From contig DATHKX010000205.1 of NCBI GenBank assembly GCA_035488835.1, positions 9,686 to 73,685 on the forward strand: a stretch of DNA of 64,000 nucleotides. Reading direction: 5' to 3'. Positions 38,167-47,406 of this stretch are shown in pieces. This stretch comes from Gemmatimonadales bacterium. GTDB taxonomy: Bacteria > Gemmatimonadota > Gemmatimonadetes > Gemmatimonadales > GWC2-71-9. Below the pieces are notes generated by a model, which saw only the letters and a program-made list of their open reading frames with translations, did no database searches and was not told the origin of the DNA. The first letter of the stretch is position 1. Each line of letters opens with the position of its first letter. The position numbers and the translations under genes are program-made.

Positions 38167-38600
38167 TACCGGGGCCAGAGGACCGCCAGCGCGTAGCTCC
38201 CGAGGCCGAGCAACGCGAGCGCCAGGACAACCAGGGTCCAGCCGATGATGACGTAGCCCCGGCCCGGATACACGGCTCGCGCGCCGGTCATCCGTCGCAC
38301 GTCATGCAGCAGTGTCACGCCGGGCGGCGGAAACTCCTGCAACGCGATGGTGCGTCGGCCCAGGCCGGTGATCCGGCGCCCCGACATGATGGTCGCGAGC
38401 GCTACCGCGATGATCACGCCGAGGAAGCTGATGCAGATCGTGCGTTGCATGCCCGGCTGGCGCGGCCGCGCCAACTCGAGCCAGGGGAGGCCCCACTGAA
38501 TGGCCGCCGCGCCGACCAGAGCCGCGCCCAGCACGATCGCCACGGCGCGCTTGCGCATGAGCGGATCCGCCCGCACCACCTCGTTGTTCATCGGCGTCAC
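38166..38600 (-). CDS. Hypothetical membrane protein
   Basis: Three or four hydrophobic helices and a GC3-rich frame. The stop overlaps the downstream gene's start by 1 nt. Confidence 0.5.
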   Translation of the reverse strand: MTPMNNEVVRADPLMRKRAVAIVLGAALVGAAAIQWGLPWLELARPRQPGMQRTICISFLGVIIAVALATIMSGRRITGLGRRTIALQEFPPPGVTLLHDVRRMTGARAVYPGRGYVIIGWTLVVLALALLGLGSYALAVLWPR

Positions 38601-38664
38601 TGTGGCAGAGTGCTTACATATGAGGCAGTCGAGGCCGGACGGTCAAGCACGGCTTGCCGGTAAT

Positions 38665-38678
38665 GTGACCGCGGTCAC
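38665..38678. promoter_or_regulatory. Perfect 14-bp palindrome GTGACCGCGGTCAC in the 180-nt intergenic region
   Basis: Read directly. A half-site-like GTGACCGAGTG follows 11 nt downstream. About 100 nt upstream of the sigma-like ORF. Confidence 0.25.
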
Positions 38679-38780
38679 AGGCGGCGTCGTGACCGAGTGC
38701 TGGGCGGCGTGCTCTTTAATACAGAGATGCGCGCGGCCTCAACGCACTCCGATCGTGCCAACTGATCATCAGGAGAGCGG

Positions 38781-39137
38781 ATGGTAACCGGTTCCGGGGC
38801 CCTCACTACCTCGACACCCGTATTGTCCGATGCTGTCCTGGTCGAGCGGATCGCCGCGCTGGGCGACCGCGCGGCACTGGCGGAGCTCGATGCCCGCTAC
38901 GGGATGACGCTATACGCGATCGCCTATACGGTGCTGTTGAATCCCGACGCGGCGGATGTCACGGTCGCTGCCACGCTGCGTGAAGCGTGGCGGCGCGCAG
39001 CGTCGTTCAACGCACGGGAGCAGACCGCGGGACGCTGGCTGGCCGAGCTCGCGCGCAAGGCCGCACGAGATCAGTTACGACGTTCTGCGATGCCTGCAGG
39101 CGGGCCGCCGACTCGGCGGCGCTCGGCCTGCGCCTGA
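38781..39137 (+). CDS. ECF sigma-factor region-2-only protein (truncated; no region 4)
   Basis: LVERIAALGDRAALAELDARYGMTLYAIAY...DAADVTVATLREAW...WLAELARKAARDQLRR matches sigma-70 region 2. The ORF ends ~20 aa later with no HTH region 4 in any frame downstream. Confidence 0.55.
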   Translation: MVTGSGALTTSTPVLSDAVLVERIAALGDRAALAELDARYGMTLYAIAYTVLLNPDAADVTVAATLREAWRRAASFNAREQTAGRWLAELARKAARDQLRRSAMPAGGPPTRRRSACA

Positions 39138-39149
39138 TCCTTCGGTCCC

Positions 39150-39355
39150 CTTCTATCCACACGTAGTCGCGCCCGTCCCAGACGACCCAGCCACTGGGTG
39201 CGTCAGGCTGGCTGATGTAGAGGAGATCGCGGTCGAAGCGGGCATGTCCGCAGCCCGCCGGCGTCCTTGATCTGGACGGCGACGTCCAGCAGGCCGTCGC
39301 GATCGAAGTCTCCGAATGATGGCCGCTGGCGCAAGGAGGCGAAGTAAGCCACCAT
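39150..39355 (-). pseudogene. Frameshifted FG-GAP/VCBS repeat fragment
   Basis: The minus strand reads MVAYFASLRQRPSFGDFDRDGLLDVAVQIKDAGG. A shifted frame then reads GHARFDRDLLYISQPDAPSGWVVWDGRDYVW. GDFDxDGxxD is the FG-GAP Ca-binding motif. No full-length gene exists. Confidence 0.3.
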
Positions 39356-39399
39356 AATGAGGGCCGAGCCTTCGCCACCTCATACGACATGGAGGCGCC

Positions 39400-40752
39400 G
39401 TGAAGAAGAACAATTGGTCGCGTCGCGAATTCCTGGGCACGAGTGCGGCTGCCGCCGGTGCGTCGCTCGCCGCGCACGCGCTTGTGCCGATGCCGCACAG
39501 TCTGACGCCGGCTCCGGCGGCCATGGCCGCCAGTGACCGGGTCCGCTTCGGCATGATCGGCGTCGGCATGCAGGGGAACTGGCTCCTGTCCGAGTCCATC
39601 AAGCTGCCGGGCGTCGAATGTGCCGCCGCCTGCGACCTCTATGACGGTCGACACACGCTGGCCCGCGAGATCGTGCGAGCGGATCTGCCGGTCACGCGCC
39701 GCTATCAGGTGCTGCTGGACGACAAGAACATCGACTGCATCGTGGCGGCCGTTCCCGATCACTGGCACAAGCAGGTGGTCGTGGACGCGGTGAGCGCGGG
39801 CAAGGACATCTACTGCGAGAAGCCGATGTCGCACAGCGCGGCCGACGGCGTGGCCATGGTCGATGCCGCGAAGAAGACCGGACGCATCGTGCAAATCGGC
39901 TCGCAGCGCGTCAGCTCCCAGATCTGTGCCAAGGCCAAAGAGCTGATTTCCCAGGGGGCGGTCGGCGACCTGATGCTGGTCGAAGGATGGCTCGGACGAA
40001 ACGACCCCACAGGCGCGTGGCAGTATCCGCCGCCGCCGGATCTGTCACCGCGGAATCTGGACTGGGATACCTGGCAGGGCACGGTCCCCAAGCGCGCCTT
40101 CGATCCCAACATCTTCGCCCGCTGGCGCTGCTGGAAGGAATACGGCACCGGGGTCGCCGGTGACCTCCTGGTCCACCTGATCAGCGGCATGATGTTCATG
40201 CTGGGGATCAATGAGGCGCCGAAGCAGGCTACGGCGGTGGGTGGCATCCGGCGCTGGAAGGACGGTCGCAACATGCCGGACGTTCACGCCGTCGTCTACT
40301 ACTTCGGCGAGCTACCGGTGTACATGCGGCTGAATCTGGGGACGTCGATGCCCGAGACCTATCGCATCCAGGGCTCGAAGGGCGTGCTGGAGGTGACCGG
40401 ATCCAGCTTGAGCCTCGCGCCGCAAACCGGCAAGGACGACTACCCCAGCTACTACACCGGCAGCTACCCCCGTGCGATGCGGGAGGCGTATCTCGAGAAA
40501 TGGCATCAGGAGAACGATCTCAAGCTGGGTCAAGCGGCTGCGATGCCCGAGACCATGTCGTTCACCGGCCCTGACTTCGACGACGTCCGGCCGCACCTGT
40601 GGAACTACTTCGAGGCGGTGCGCACGCGGAAACCGGTGATCGAGGATGCGGTGTTCGGTCACCACGCGGCACTGGCCTGCCACATGGCGAACGAGTCGTA
40701 CTTCCGGAAGACCTCCGTGTCCTGGGACGAGGCGTCGAAGACTATTCGGTAA
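39400..40752 (+). CDS. Tat-exported Gfo/Idh/MocA family oxidoreductase
   Basis: Twin-arginine signal SRREFLGTSAAAAGASLA. RFGMIGVGMQG Rossmann start, EKPM motif (YCEKPMS). Confidence 0.85.
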   Translation: MKKNNWSRREFLGTSAAAAGASLAAHALVPMPHSLTPAPAAMAASDRVRFGMIGVGMQGNWLLSESIKLPGVECAAACDLYDGRHTLAREIVRADLPVTRRYQVLLDDKNIDCIVAAVPDHWHKQVVVDAVSAGKDIYCEKPMSHSAADGVAMVDAAKKTGRIVQIGSQRVSSQICAKAKELISQGAVGDLMLVEGWLGRNDPTGAWQYPPPPDLSPRNLDWDTWQGTVPKRAFDPNIFARWRCWKEYGTGVAGDLLVHLISGMMFMLGINEAPKQATAVGGIRRWKDGRNMPDVHAVVYYFGELPVYMRLNLGTSMPETYRIQGSKGVLEVTGSSLSLAPQTGKDDYPSYYTGSYPRAMREAYLEKWHQENDLKLGQAAAMPETMSFTGPDFDDVRPHLWNYFEAVRTRKPVIEDAVFGHHAALACHMANESYFRKTSVSWDEASKTIR

Positions 40753-42718
40753 GGTAGCGCGCCAGCCACGCGACCCAGCGACGGTCGACGTCGCGCTGGC
40801 GTACCGGGTCGGCCGGCGCGTGGCCGCGACCCGGGTAGGCCACGAACCGCACCGGCACGCCGTTGTCGCGCAGCGCGCGATACAGCATGTAGGAGCCCGT
40901 GACCGCGACGCGCGCATCGCCCGTGTTCGCCAGGATCAACGTGGGCGCGCGGATCTTCCACGCGTGCGTGAGCGGCGACTCGGCCAGCCACGCCGCAACC
41001 CGGTCGCCCACCCACGGCGATGCCGTGATCGCGTGGCGCCGCATCACGTTCAGGTCCGACAGGTTGTACATGTCGAGCAGCGACAGCGGGGCGGCGCCGG
41101 CCACGCCCGCGCGCCAGGCGGCGGGATAACGGCCAAGCAGCCATGCGGTGAGAAAGCCGCCGTAGGACCAGCCCGATACCGCCAGCCGCGTCGTGTCCAC
41201 GATTCCGCGCCGCACCAGAGCGGCCACACCGGCCATGACGTCCCGCCCGGGTCCCTCGGCTGCGCTCGTCGCGATGGCGCGCTGGAACGCGTTACCCAGA
41301 TTGTCGCTGCCCCGATAGTTCGGCTGGAACACGAGCCACCCTTGCCCCGCGAGCAGCTGCGCGCGGGCCCAGAACGCCTCGGTCGAGCTGGCCGTGGGTC
41401 CCCCGTGGATCAGGAGCACCAGCGGGTAGCGCCGTCCGGGAGAGAAGTCGGGCGGCAGCGTGAGCACGCCGTTCGCCCGCAGGCCCTCGGGCCCGGTCCA
41501 CTCCACCGCCTCGGTCCGACCGATCGCCCGGGCCGCCATCTGGTGGTGGAAGTCGGTCAGGCGCCGGGGCGTCGCCGCCAGGGAGGCGAGGTAATAGATC
41601 TCCTGGGGCCGGGCGCCCTCCGTGCCGACCAGTGCGATCGCGCCGCGCCGATCCACAGTGAGCCCCGACACCTCCGCGACGTCCCCCAGACGCACGCTCC
41701 GCGCCGCACCCTCGAGCGGCTGCACCCACAGCGCCGACCGCGTCCCGTCGGTCCCGAGCACGAGCAGAGTGCGCCCCTCGCCGAGCCAGGTGAACGCGGT
41801 GACGTGCCGATCGAGCGCTCTGGTGACGACTCGCCCCTCTCCACCGCTCGCCGGAGCGACGTGCACTTCGTCCAGGTTCGCGGGGTCGCCGTCCCGCGGG
41901 TAGGTGTAGGCGACGAGTGCGCCGTCCGGGGAGAGGAGCGGCGACCCCTCGCGAGCCGTCCGGCCGGTGAGGCCCCGCGCGGCGCCGGTGGCTGCGTCCA
42001 CGAGCCAGACCGCGCTCTGGTCCGTGTCGCCCGAGTGCGGCGTCGCGAACCGCACGAACGCGATCGTCCGCCCGTCGGCGGACCAGGACAGGGGCGAGGT
42101 CGCGAGGCTTGTCGCGACGCTCCAGTCGCCCCGCGTCAGGCGCGACGCCTCGCCCGTGGGCAGCGACACGAGCCACAGGTGCGCGGGAGCGGGCGCCGCG
42201 GTGGTGAGGTAATCGTCGTTTCCCACCTCGAACGCGTCGTTATGGCGCTCGGTGGGCGCGCTCGCCGTGTCCGGAGCGATGTAGGCGATCGCGCCTCCGT
42301 CCGGCCGCCAGGCGTAGTCCTCCACGCCGGCGGGTGCGCGCGTTACGACCCGCGGCTCGCCGCCCGCGAGCGGGAGCACGAGGACTTGCGGGCGCCCCTC
42401 GACCGTGGCCAGGAACGCGATCGCGTCGCCCCGCGGCGCCCAATGCGGGCTGCCGAGCCCCGGCCGCCGGGCGACCAGCACGCGCTGTTCTCCGGTGGCG
42501 ATGTCCAGCAGGATGAGCTCGGTGTCGTAGCGGTCGGCCTCGTAGTTCGGGCGCGCCGCGAGGAACGCGATCGCCCGGCCGTCGGGCGAGATCTCCGGGT
42601 CGGAGAGCCGGACGAGTGTCGCCACGTCGTCCAACACGAAGGGCCGGGTCTGAGCGGCCGCGGGGAGGGGCGCAGCGAGCGCGAGAAGCGCGAGACCACG
42701 AGCGAAAGCGACCCTCAC
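40742..42718 (-). CDS. S9 family serine peptidase (beta-propeller plus alpha/beta hydrolase)
   Basis: Signal peptide. Repeated SPDG propeller motifs (ISPDGRAIAF, WSADGRTIAF, LSPDGALVAY). Catalytic GWSYGGF, later GDARV (Asp) and GRGHA (His). Confidence 0.88.
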   Translation of the reverse strand: MRVAFARGLALLALAAPLPAAAQTRPFVLDDVATLVRLSDPEISPDGRAIAFLAARPNYEADRYDTELILLDIATGEQRVLVARRPGLGSPHWAPRGDAIAFLATVEGRPQVLVLPLAGGEPRVVTRAPAGVEDYAWRPDGGAIAYIAPDTASAPTERHNDAFEVGNDDYLTTAAPAPAHLWLVSLPTGEASRLTRGDWSVATSLATSPLSWSADGRTIAFVRFATPHSGDTDQSAVWLVDAATGAARGLTGRTAREGSPLLSPDGALVAYTYPRDGDPANLDEVHVAPASGGEGRVVTRALDRHVTAFTWLGEGRTLLVLGTDGTRSALWVQPLEGAARSVRLGDVAEVSGLTVDRRGAIALVGTEGARPQEIYYLASLAATPRRLTDFHHQMAARAIGRTEAVEWTGPEGLRANGVLTLPPDFSPGRRYPLVLLIHGGPTASSTEAFWARAQLLAGQGWLVFQPNYRGSDNLGNAFQRAIATSAAEGPGRDVMAGVAALVRRGIVDTTRLAVSGWSYGGFLTAWLLGRYPAAWRAGVAGAAPLSLLDMYNLSDLNVMRRHAITASPWVGDRVAAWLAESPLTHAWKIRAPTLILANTGDARVAVTGSYMLYRALRDNGVPVRFVAYPGRGHAPADPVRQRDVDRRWVAWLARYLTE

Positions 42719-42737
42719 CGCACCCGTTCCAGCAGCG

Positions 42738-43844
42738 TCAGACCACCACCTTGGCGCGGTCCGGTGCCTTCCAGAGGTCGATCGGCTTGGCGATGCCTTT
42801 GGGGCGGAAGGGCAGCATGACCTTGCGGCCTAGTCCGGCCGACGCGTACGCTGCATAGAGGACCTCCTGCACCACGCGTCCGGTATCGCCATCGGAGATC
42901 GGCGTCTCCTTGCCGCGCACGCAGCGCGCGAAGTGCCGCATCTCCTGGGGGAAGCCGTAGTTCCACTGCTCCTCGAACACGGGATACGTCCAGCCTCGGG
43001 TGGTCGCCGCTTTTTCGACGGCGTAGCCGAATCCCACCTCGGAATACGTCGGGAGCGCGTTCCCCATGAGCATGTCGGCGTACGTTTGCCCCTTGTCGCC
43101 GAACACCTCGATACTGTCGTCCATCCCGCCGGGCCGGTTCCAGCTGCTCTCGACCATCCCGATGGCGCCCGTCTCGAATTCGATGATCGTGACCGCTTCG
43201 TCCTCGCCCCGCGTGCGCTCGTGGTGCACCTGGGTCGCCATTTGCGAGTAGACGCTTTTGACTTTCGGCTTGCCGAGAAACCACCAGCAGAAGGCGATCC
43301 CGTGGCACCCCAGGTCCATGACCGCGCCGCCGCCCGACTGCTCCACGTCCCAAAACCACTCCGAGTGCGGACCCGAGTGCTTCTCGCCCTGCTTCACCAG
43401 GTGCACGCGACCGAATGCCCCTTCGTCTGCCAGCTGCTTCGCCTTTACGTATTTAGGCGCGAAGAACAGCTCTTCGGCGTAGAGCAGCAGCACGCCGGCC
43501 TTGCGGCAGGCGTCGATCATCGCGTCGGCTTCCTCGATCGTCAGGCACAGGGGTTTCTCGCACACCACGTGTTTGCCGGCCTTGGCGGCGTCGATCGTGA
43601 TCTGCGCGTGCATGCGATTGGGCGCCGTGATCGAGATCATCTCGATTTCCGGATCGCGTAGTAGCTCGCGGTAGTCGCTATACGCGCGCGGAATGCCGTG
43701 CCGCTGCGCGAAGGCTGCCGCGTGTCCCTTGGTCGGCGAGGCCACGGCCACGACTTCGCCCTCCTCCGGCATGGCTTTGACGGCCCCGGCGATGCAATCC
43801 GCCTGGAACCGCGAGCCGAGGATCCCGATTCTCACTTTCGACAT
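42738..43844 (-). CDS. Gfo/Idh/MocA family oxidoreductase (cytoplasmic)
   Basis: MSKVRIGILGSRF..., VCEKPL, typical C-terminal dimerisation domain. ATG at 43844 chosen within ORF 42738..44039. Confidence 0.85.
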   Translation of the reverse strand: MSKVRIGILGSRFQADCIAGAVKAMPEEGEVVAVASPTKGHAAAFAQRHGIPRAYSDYRELLRDPEIEMISITAPNRMHAQITIDAAKAGKHVVCEKPLCLTIEEADAMIDACRKAGVLLLYAEELFFAPKYVKAKQLADEGAFGRVHLVKQGEKHSGPHSEWFWDVEQSGGGAVMDLGCHGIAFCWWFLGKPKVKSVYSQMATQVHHERTRGEDEAVTIIEFETGAIGMVESSWNRPGGMDDSIEVFGDKGQTYADMLMGNALPTYSEVGFGYAVEKAATTRGWTYPVFEEQWNYGFPQEMRHFARCVRGKETPISDGDTGRVVQEVLYAAYASAGLGRKVMLPFRPKGIAKPIDLWKAPDRAKVVV

Positions 43845-43852
43845 GATGCCAT

Positions 43853-44938
43853 TCAATCGCGGTGCGGAGTGTCGTGGACATGCTCGCGCAACAGATCCTC
43901 TCCAAAGTCGCCATTGAAATCGCGCCAGACCGAGTGAATGTGGTTCGCGTCGTTCTGCGTATTGTCGTACTCGATCAGGAAAGTCGGTCCCTGTACCCGG
44001 TAGTAGTGTTTCTGTCCCCGCTCCAGCCTCCCGGCCCACGCGAACGCGACCTTATCCCATCCCGCCTTGTCGATCCGCGCCAGACGATCGGCCGCGATGT
44101 CGTCTGCCATGTAGCCGGCATAAACGTCGACCAGCTGTTGCAGTAGCGCTCGCTGGCCGACGGTGAGCGCGGCGGCCGGAATGCCCACCGGTGACAGCGG
44201 GTCGATCTTCACGCTCGCCACCGTGACGATGTCGTTCGGGGCGGTGGTGTTGATGATCGCCGTCGAGCGCTGGGAGGCGTCGAGCGACTCGAGCAGCGAG
44301 CGCGCCGCATCTTCTTCAAGGCCGAGTACCCGGGTGCCCCTCTTGGGACCGTCGCGAACCTCCGCCGGATTGGACCCGAGGAATGTCGGCGCCCCTGCTA
44401 CGAGCGTCCCGTTGACCACGGTGAAGTGCAGCGACAGGTGATGCCCTTCGACACGCCAGCCCCACGTGTTCCGCGTCGATGGCGTACCGAAGATGGAGAA
44501 GAAGTAGCGCTCGGGATCGCGCACGAATCGATTGCCTTGTGGCGGCTGCGCGGCGGCGGCGGCCTGTGCGGCCTCGAGGGTCGCGAGGACGCTCTCGAGC
44601 TCCATGACCTGCGTGGCCGTCATGTAGCCGCGCTGGCTCAGACCAGCTTTCAGGAGCTCGCGCGCGAGCGCTTGCTGCGACGGGTTCATCTGTTTGAGGG
44701 TCAGGCCGTGCCGTGCAAAGATTTCCGTCGGAACGACGTGCCAATGAGTTCGCTCATCGGCGTCGAAGGAGAAGGTCGCCTGCTGGCGCTGCTCTGGGGT
44801 GAGACTCTTCAGAAACTCTGTGGCGGCCGTCGCCATCCGGGCCGGCGACGGTCCGGCGTCGACCGTCACGCCCAATGTCGACGCGGTGAGGATCGCGGCA
44901 GCGATCCATCGCCTCGTCATTCGACGCTTCATTGTCAT
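43853..44938 (-). CDS. Secreted DUF3500 family protein
   Basis: Signal peptide (RWIAAAILTASTLG). FSFDADERTHWHVVP ... WGWRVEGHHLSLHFTVV ... NDANHIHSVWRD matches my memory of DUF3500. The start overlaps the upstream stop (ATGA). Confidence 0.7.
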   Translation of the reverse strand: MTMKRRMTRRWIAAAILTASTLGVTVDAGPSPARMATAATEFLKSLTPEQRQQATFSFDADERTHWHVVPTEIFARHGLTLKQMNPSQQALARELLKAGLSQRGYMTATQVMELESVLATLEAAQAAAAAQPPQGNRFVRDPERYFFSIFGTPSTRNTWGWRVEGHHLSLHFTVVNGTLVAGAPTFLGSNPAEVRDGPKRGTRVLGLEEDAARSLLESLDASQRSTAIINTTAPNDIVTVASVKIDPLSPVGIPAAALTVGQRALLQQLVDVYAGYMADDIAADRLARIDKAGWDKVAFAWAGRLERGQKHYYRVQGPTFLIEYDNTQNDANHIHSVWRDFNGDFGEDLLREHVHDTPHRD

Positions 44939-45303
44939 CCTTTGACGTAGGACAGCTTCTCGGCCACCCGCCCGTCCCGCACGCGAAACACGTCGACGCC
45001 CCGGACATGGCCGCGCTTCCCTTCCCTGACCCAGGAGTACACCCAACGCAGGACGCAGCGATCGCCGGCGGCGAATATCTCCTCGGTGTCGAAGTGCGCT
45101 TGCGATGAGCGGGCAAAGAACTGCTCCCAGAACGCCCTGATCCGATCGTGGTCCTCCAAGCGTTCACCGTCCGGGGCCGGCCGGGTATTCTCAAACCTGC
45201 AGTCACTGGTCATGAGCGCCATGACGGCGGCGACGTCATGACGGTTGAAGGCGTCGTTGAAGTGCTGCACCACCTCGAGGGTGTCGCTGGTCTGGGGGTT
45301 CAT
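44935..45303 (-). CDS. SnoaL/NTF2-like small protein
   Basis: 122 aa. VVQHFNDAFNRHDVAAVMALMTSDCRFEN ... VDVFRVRDGRVAEKLSYVKG is the classic SnoaL-like polyketide cyclase/NTF2 pattern. It is the C-terminal part of composite ORF 44935..46827. Confidence 0.7.
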   Translation of the reverse strand: MNPQTSDTLEVVQHFNDAFNRHDVAAVMALMTSDCRFENTRPAPDGERLEDHDRIRAFWEQFFARSSQAHFDTEEIFAAGDRCVLRWVYSWVREGKRGHVRGVDVFRVRDGRVAEKLSYVKG

Positions 45304-45356
45304 CGCGCCTAAGCTGCGGGCGCCATGCGCGGCGGCGCAAGGGTGGAGCCGCGCTC

Positions 45357-46733
45357 CTACAACGGTCGCGCCTCGAACGGCCAGGTTCGTCCTTTCCACG
45401 ACCACGCTCCGAAACACACGGCACCCAGCAGCAGCGCGCCCAGTCCAAACGCGATCACTTTGGGCGGCGTCGTGGCAAAGATGAAGATCCATCCCAGCAG
45501 CGCGACGAGGCTCGGCACCGGATAGAGCCACATCCGATACGGCCGCGGCATGTCCGGCGCCTGGCGCCGCAGTAACGTCACCGCGCCGATCTGCCCGATG
45601 AACTGCACGAGAATCCGCGTCGTGATCAACGCATCGATGACCATACCCAGCGACACAAATCCCGCGAGGATCGAGAGGACGCCCAGCACGACGAGCGAGA
45701 CATAGGGGAATCCCCCGGACGGATGGAGGCGCGCGAACACCTTGAAGAAGTAGCCGTCCTTCGCCGCCGCATACGGCACGCGCGAGTACCCCAGCAGGAG
45801 GGCGAAGACCGAGCCGAAGGCGGTCCAGAGGATCATCGCCGTGAAGATCGTCGCGACACCCGGACCGTAGATCCGTTCCATGAAGATCGAGACGATGAAG
45901 TTGGACTGCGGGTGTGACGCGGCCGGCACGAAGTCCCGCCAGGGGACGACCCCGATAATCGAGAGATTGATCGCGAGGTAGATCAGCGCGACCAGCACGG
46001 TGCTGATGAGAATCGACCGTGGGATCACGCGGCCAGGGTTCTTGACTTCGTCGCCGATATAGCAGACATCGTAATAGCCGAGGTAGTCGTAGACGCCGAT
46101 TCGCGACGCGGCGCCCAGGCCAAGGAGAAAGCCCAGGGAGAAGTTGAACGCCCCCGGCGGGAAGTCGAAGGCCACCCTGGGGTCGAAGTGCAGCGCGCCG
46201 GTCAGGATGACCACGATGGCCGTGACGATCGTTCCGATCCAGAGCGTGAGGGTGATCGTCGCGATCGAGGTGATCCGCCGGTAGAGGAGCGCCAGGTTTG
46301 CCAGCCCGATGATCGTAACGACGAGCATCGTCTGGCCCGGAGTGATCCCCTTCCATATGTAGCCGAGGTACTGCGAGAAGCCGATGTACCCGGACGCAAT
46401 CTCCAGGGGGCCACTGAGCACAAACTGCCACACGAAGAGAAAGCCCATGAGGCGGCCGACCTTCTCCGCGCCGTAGCCGTGGCGCAGATACCCGAACGAG
46501 CCGCCGGATCCCGGCAGCGCCGCCCCCAGCTCGCTCCACACCATGCCGTCGCATATGACGATCACCAGGGCCACGACCCAGCCAAGCATCGCTTGCGGAC
46601 CGCCCAGCGCGGACATGAGGAGCGGGATCGTGATGAACGGTCCGATCCCGATCATGTTCGTCATGTTGAGCGCCGTGGCGTGAATCAGGCCGAAGCGGCG
46701 GACCATCGGGGACGACGCGACCGGTTGTGTCAC
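45357..46733 (-). CDS. APC-superfamily amino acid permease
   Basis: About 12 TM segments. N-terminal TALNMTNMIGIGPFITIP and WSELGAALPGSGGSFGYL motifs. Confidence 0.85.
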   Translation of the reverse strand: MTQPVASSPMVRRFGLIHATALNMTNMIGIGPFITIPLLMSALGGPQAMLGWVVALVIVICDGMVWSELGAALPGSGGSFGYLRHGYGAEKVGRLMGFLFVWQFVLSGPLEIASGYIGFSQYLGYIWKGITPGQTMLVVTIIGLANLALLYRRITSIATITLTLWIGTIVTAIVVILTGALHFDPRVAFDFPPGAFNFSLGFLLGLGAASRIGVYDYLGYYDVCYIGDEVKNPGRVIPRSILISTVLVALIYLAINLSIIGVVPWRDFVPAASHPQSNFIVSIFMERIYGPGVATIFTAMILWTAFGSVFALLLGYSRVPYAAAKDGYFFKVFARLHPSGGFPYVSLVVLGVLSILAGFVSLGMVIDALITTRILVQFIGQIGAVTLLRRQAPDMPRPYRMWLYPVPSLVALLGWIFIFATTPPKVIAFGLGALLLGAVCFGAWSWKGRTWPFEARPL

Positions 46734-46739
46734 CGTGGG

Positions 46740-47273
46740 TCACTCCATTGGGTCGGGCCCGCGTTCCCACCGCCACACCGGCCCATCCTCGGGATCGACG
46801 ACTGGGCCGATGTAACGGAAGCCGCACTTCTGAAGGACACGGGTGGACGGGTTCGACAGCGGCAAGGTATGCGCCCGAACCAGTCGAACGTGCTCACTGG
46901 CGAAGGCGAACCGGACGAGGGCGCCCGCCGCCTCGGTCGCATAGCCGCGCCCCTCTCGGCTTGGGACGATCCCGTAGGCGATCTCGACCATGCCGGTGTC
47001 GTCCGGCGGCCCCTTGAATCCCGCACTGCCGATCACCCAGCCGCTCTCGCGGTCGACCACGAAGAACCCGTGGCGCCACACGTCCGGGCCATGAGAATTC
47101 CGCAGGGCCGCGAGCCAGTCGGGGGAGACCTCATCCGATACGTAAAACGGCCGCAGGTCGTCGGCTCCACGCAGACCCAGCAAGTTCTCGATGCGCTCCG
47201 GGTGATCGATCAGCGCAAGCAGGTGCTCCGGTGAGCACGGGAGCAACGTGAGGCGGAGGGTCTCGAGCGACAT
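46740..47273 (-). CDS. GNAT family N-acetyltransferase (RimJ/RimL-like)
   Basis: [29 protein letters not shown] (acetyl-CoA binding Q/RxxGxG/A region). Stop is 6 nt upstream of the permease start. Confidence 0.75.
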   Translation of the reverse strand: MSLETLRLTLLPCSPEHLLALIDHPERIENLLGLRGADDLRPFYVSDEVSPDWLAALRNSHGPDVWRHGFFVVDRESGWVIGSAGFKGPPDDTGMVEIAYGIVPSREGRGYATEAAGALVRFAFASEHVRLVRAHTLPLSNPSTRVLQKCGFRYIGPVVDPEDGPVWRWERGPDPME

Positions 47274-47406
47274 TTCACCTCAACGGAGTGGCTTCGCGAT
47301 CTCCCAAGGTGCCCGAAGTGACGCAGAATCTCTACCGGGAAACGCGGCAAAGCAATTCGCTCTAGAGCAGGTTATGCTCCAGACTTCCCGAACGCGGAGC
47401 CTTCCG

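Noticed and set aside
38601-38780. Possible tRNA or small RNA gene in the longest intergenic spacer
   Set aside because: I found no T-arm (GGTTCGAATCC-like) box, acceptor-stem pairing or cloverleaf. Only a 14-bp palindrome is notable.
39007-39894. 295-aa minus-strand ORF
   Set aside because: Most of it is antisense to the Tat-signal Gfo/Idh/MocA oxidoreductase. Only its 3' portion coincides with the FG-GAP-like fragment, which I report separately as a low-confidence pseudogene.
40646-42820. 724-aa plus-strand ORF
   Set aside because: Antisense to the S9 peptidase, which has a clear GxSxGG catalytic motif and propeller repeats. The translation is Arg/Pro-rich.
45304-46827. Upstream ~500 codons of listed ORF 44935..46827
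   Set aside because: They overlap the APC permease (clear 12-TM protein) in a different frame. Only the last 122 codons form a coherent SnoaL-like domain preceded by an ATG.
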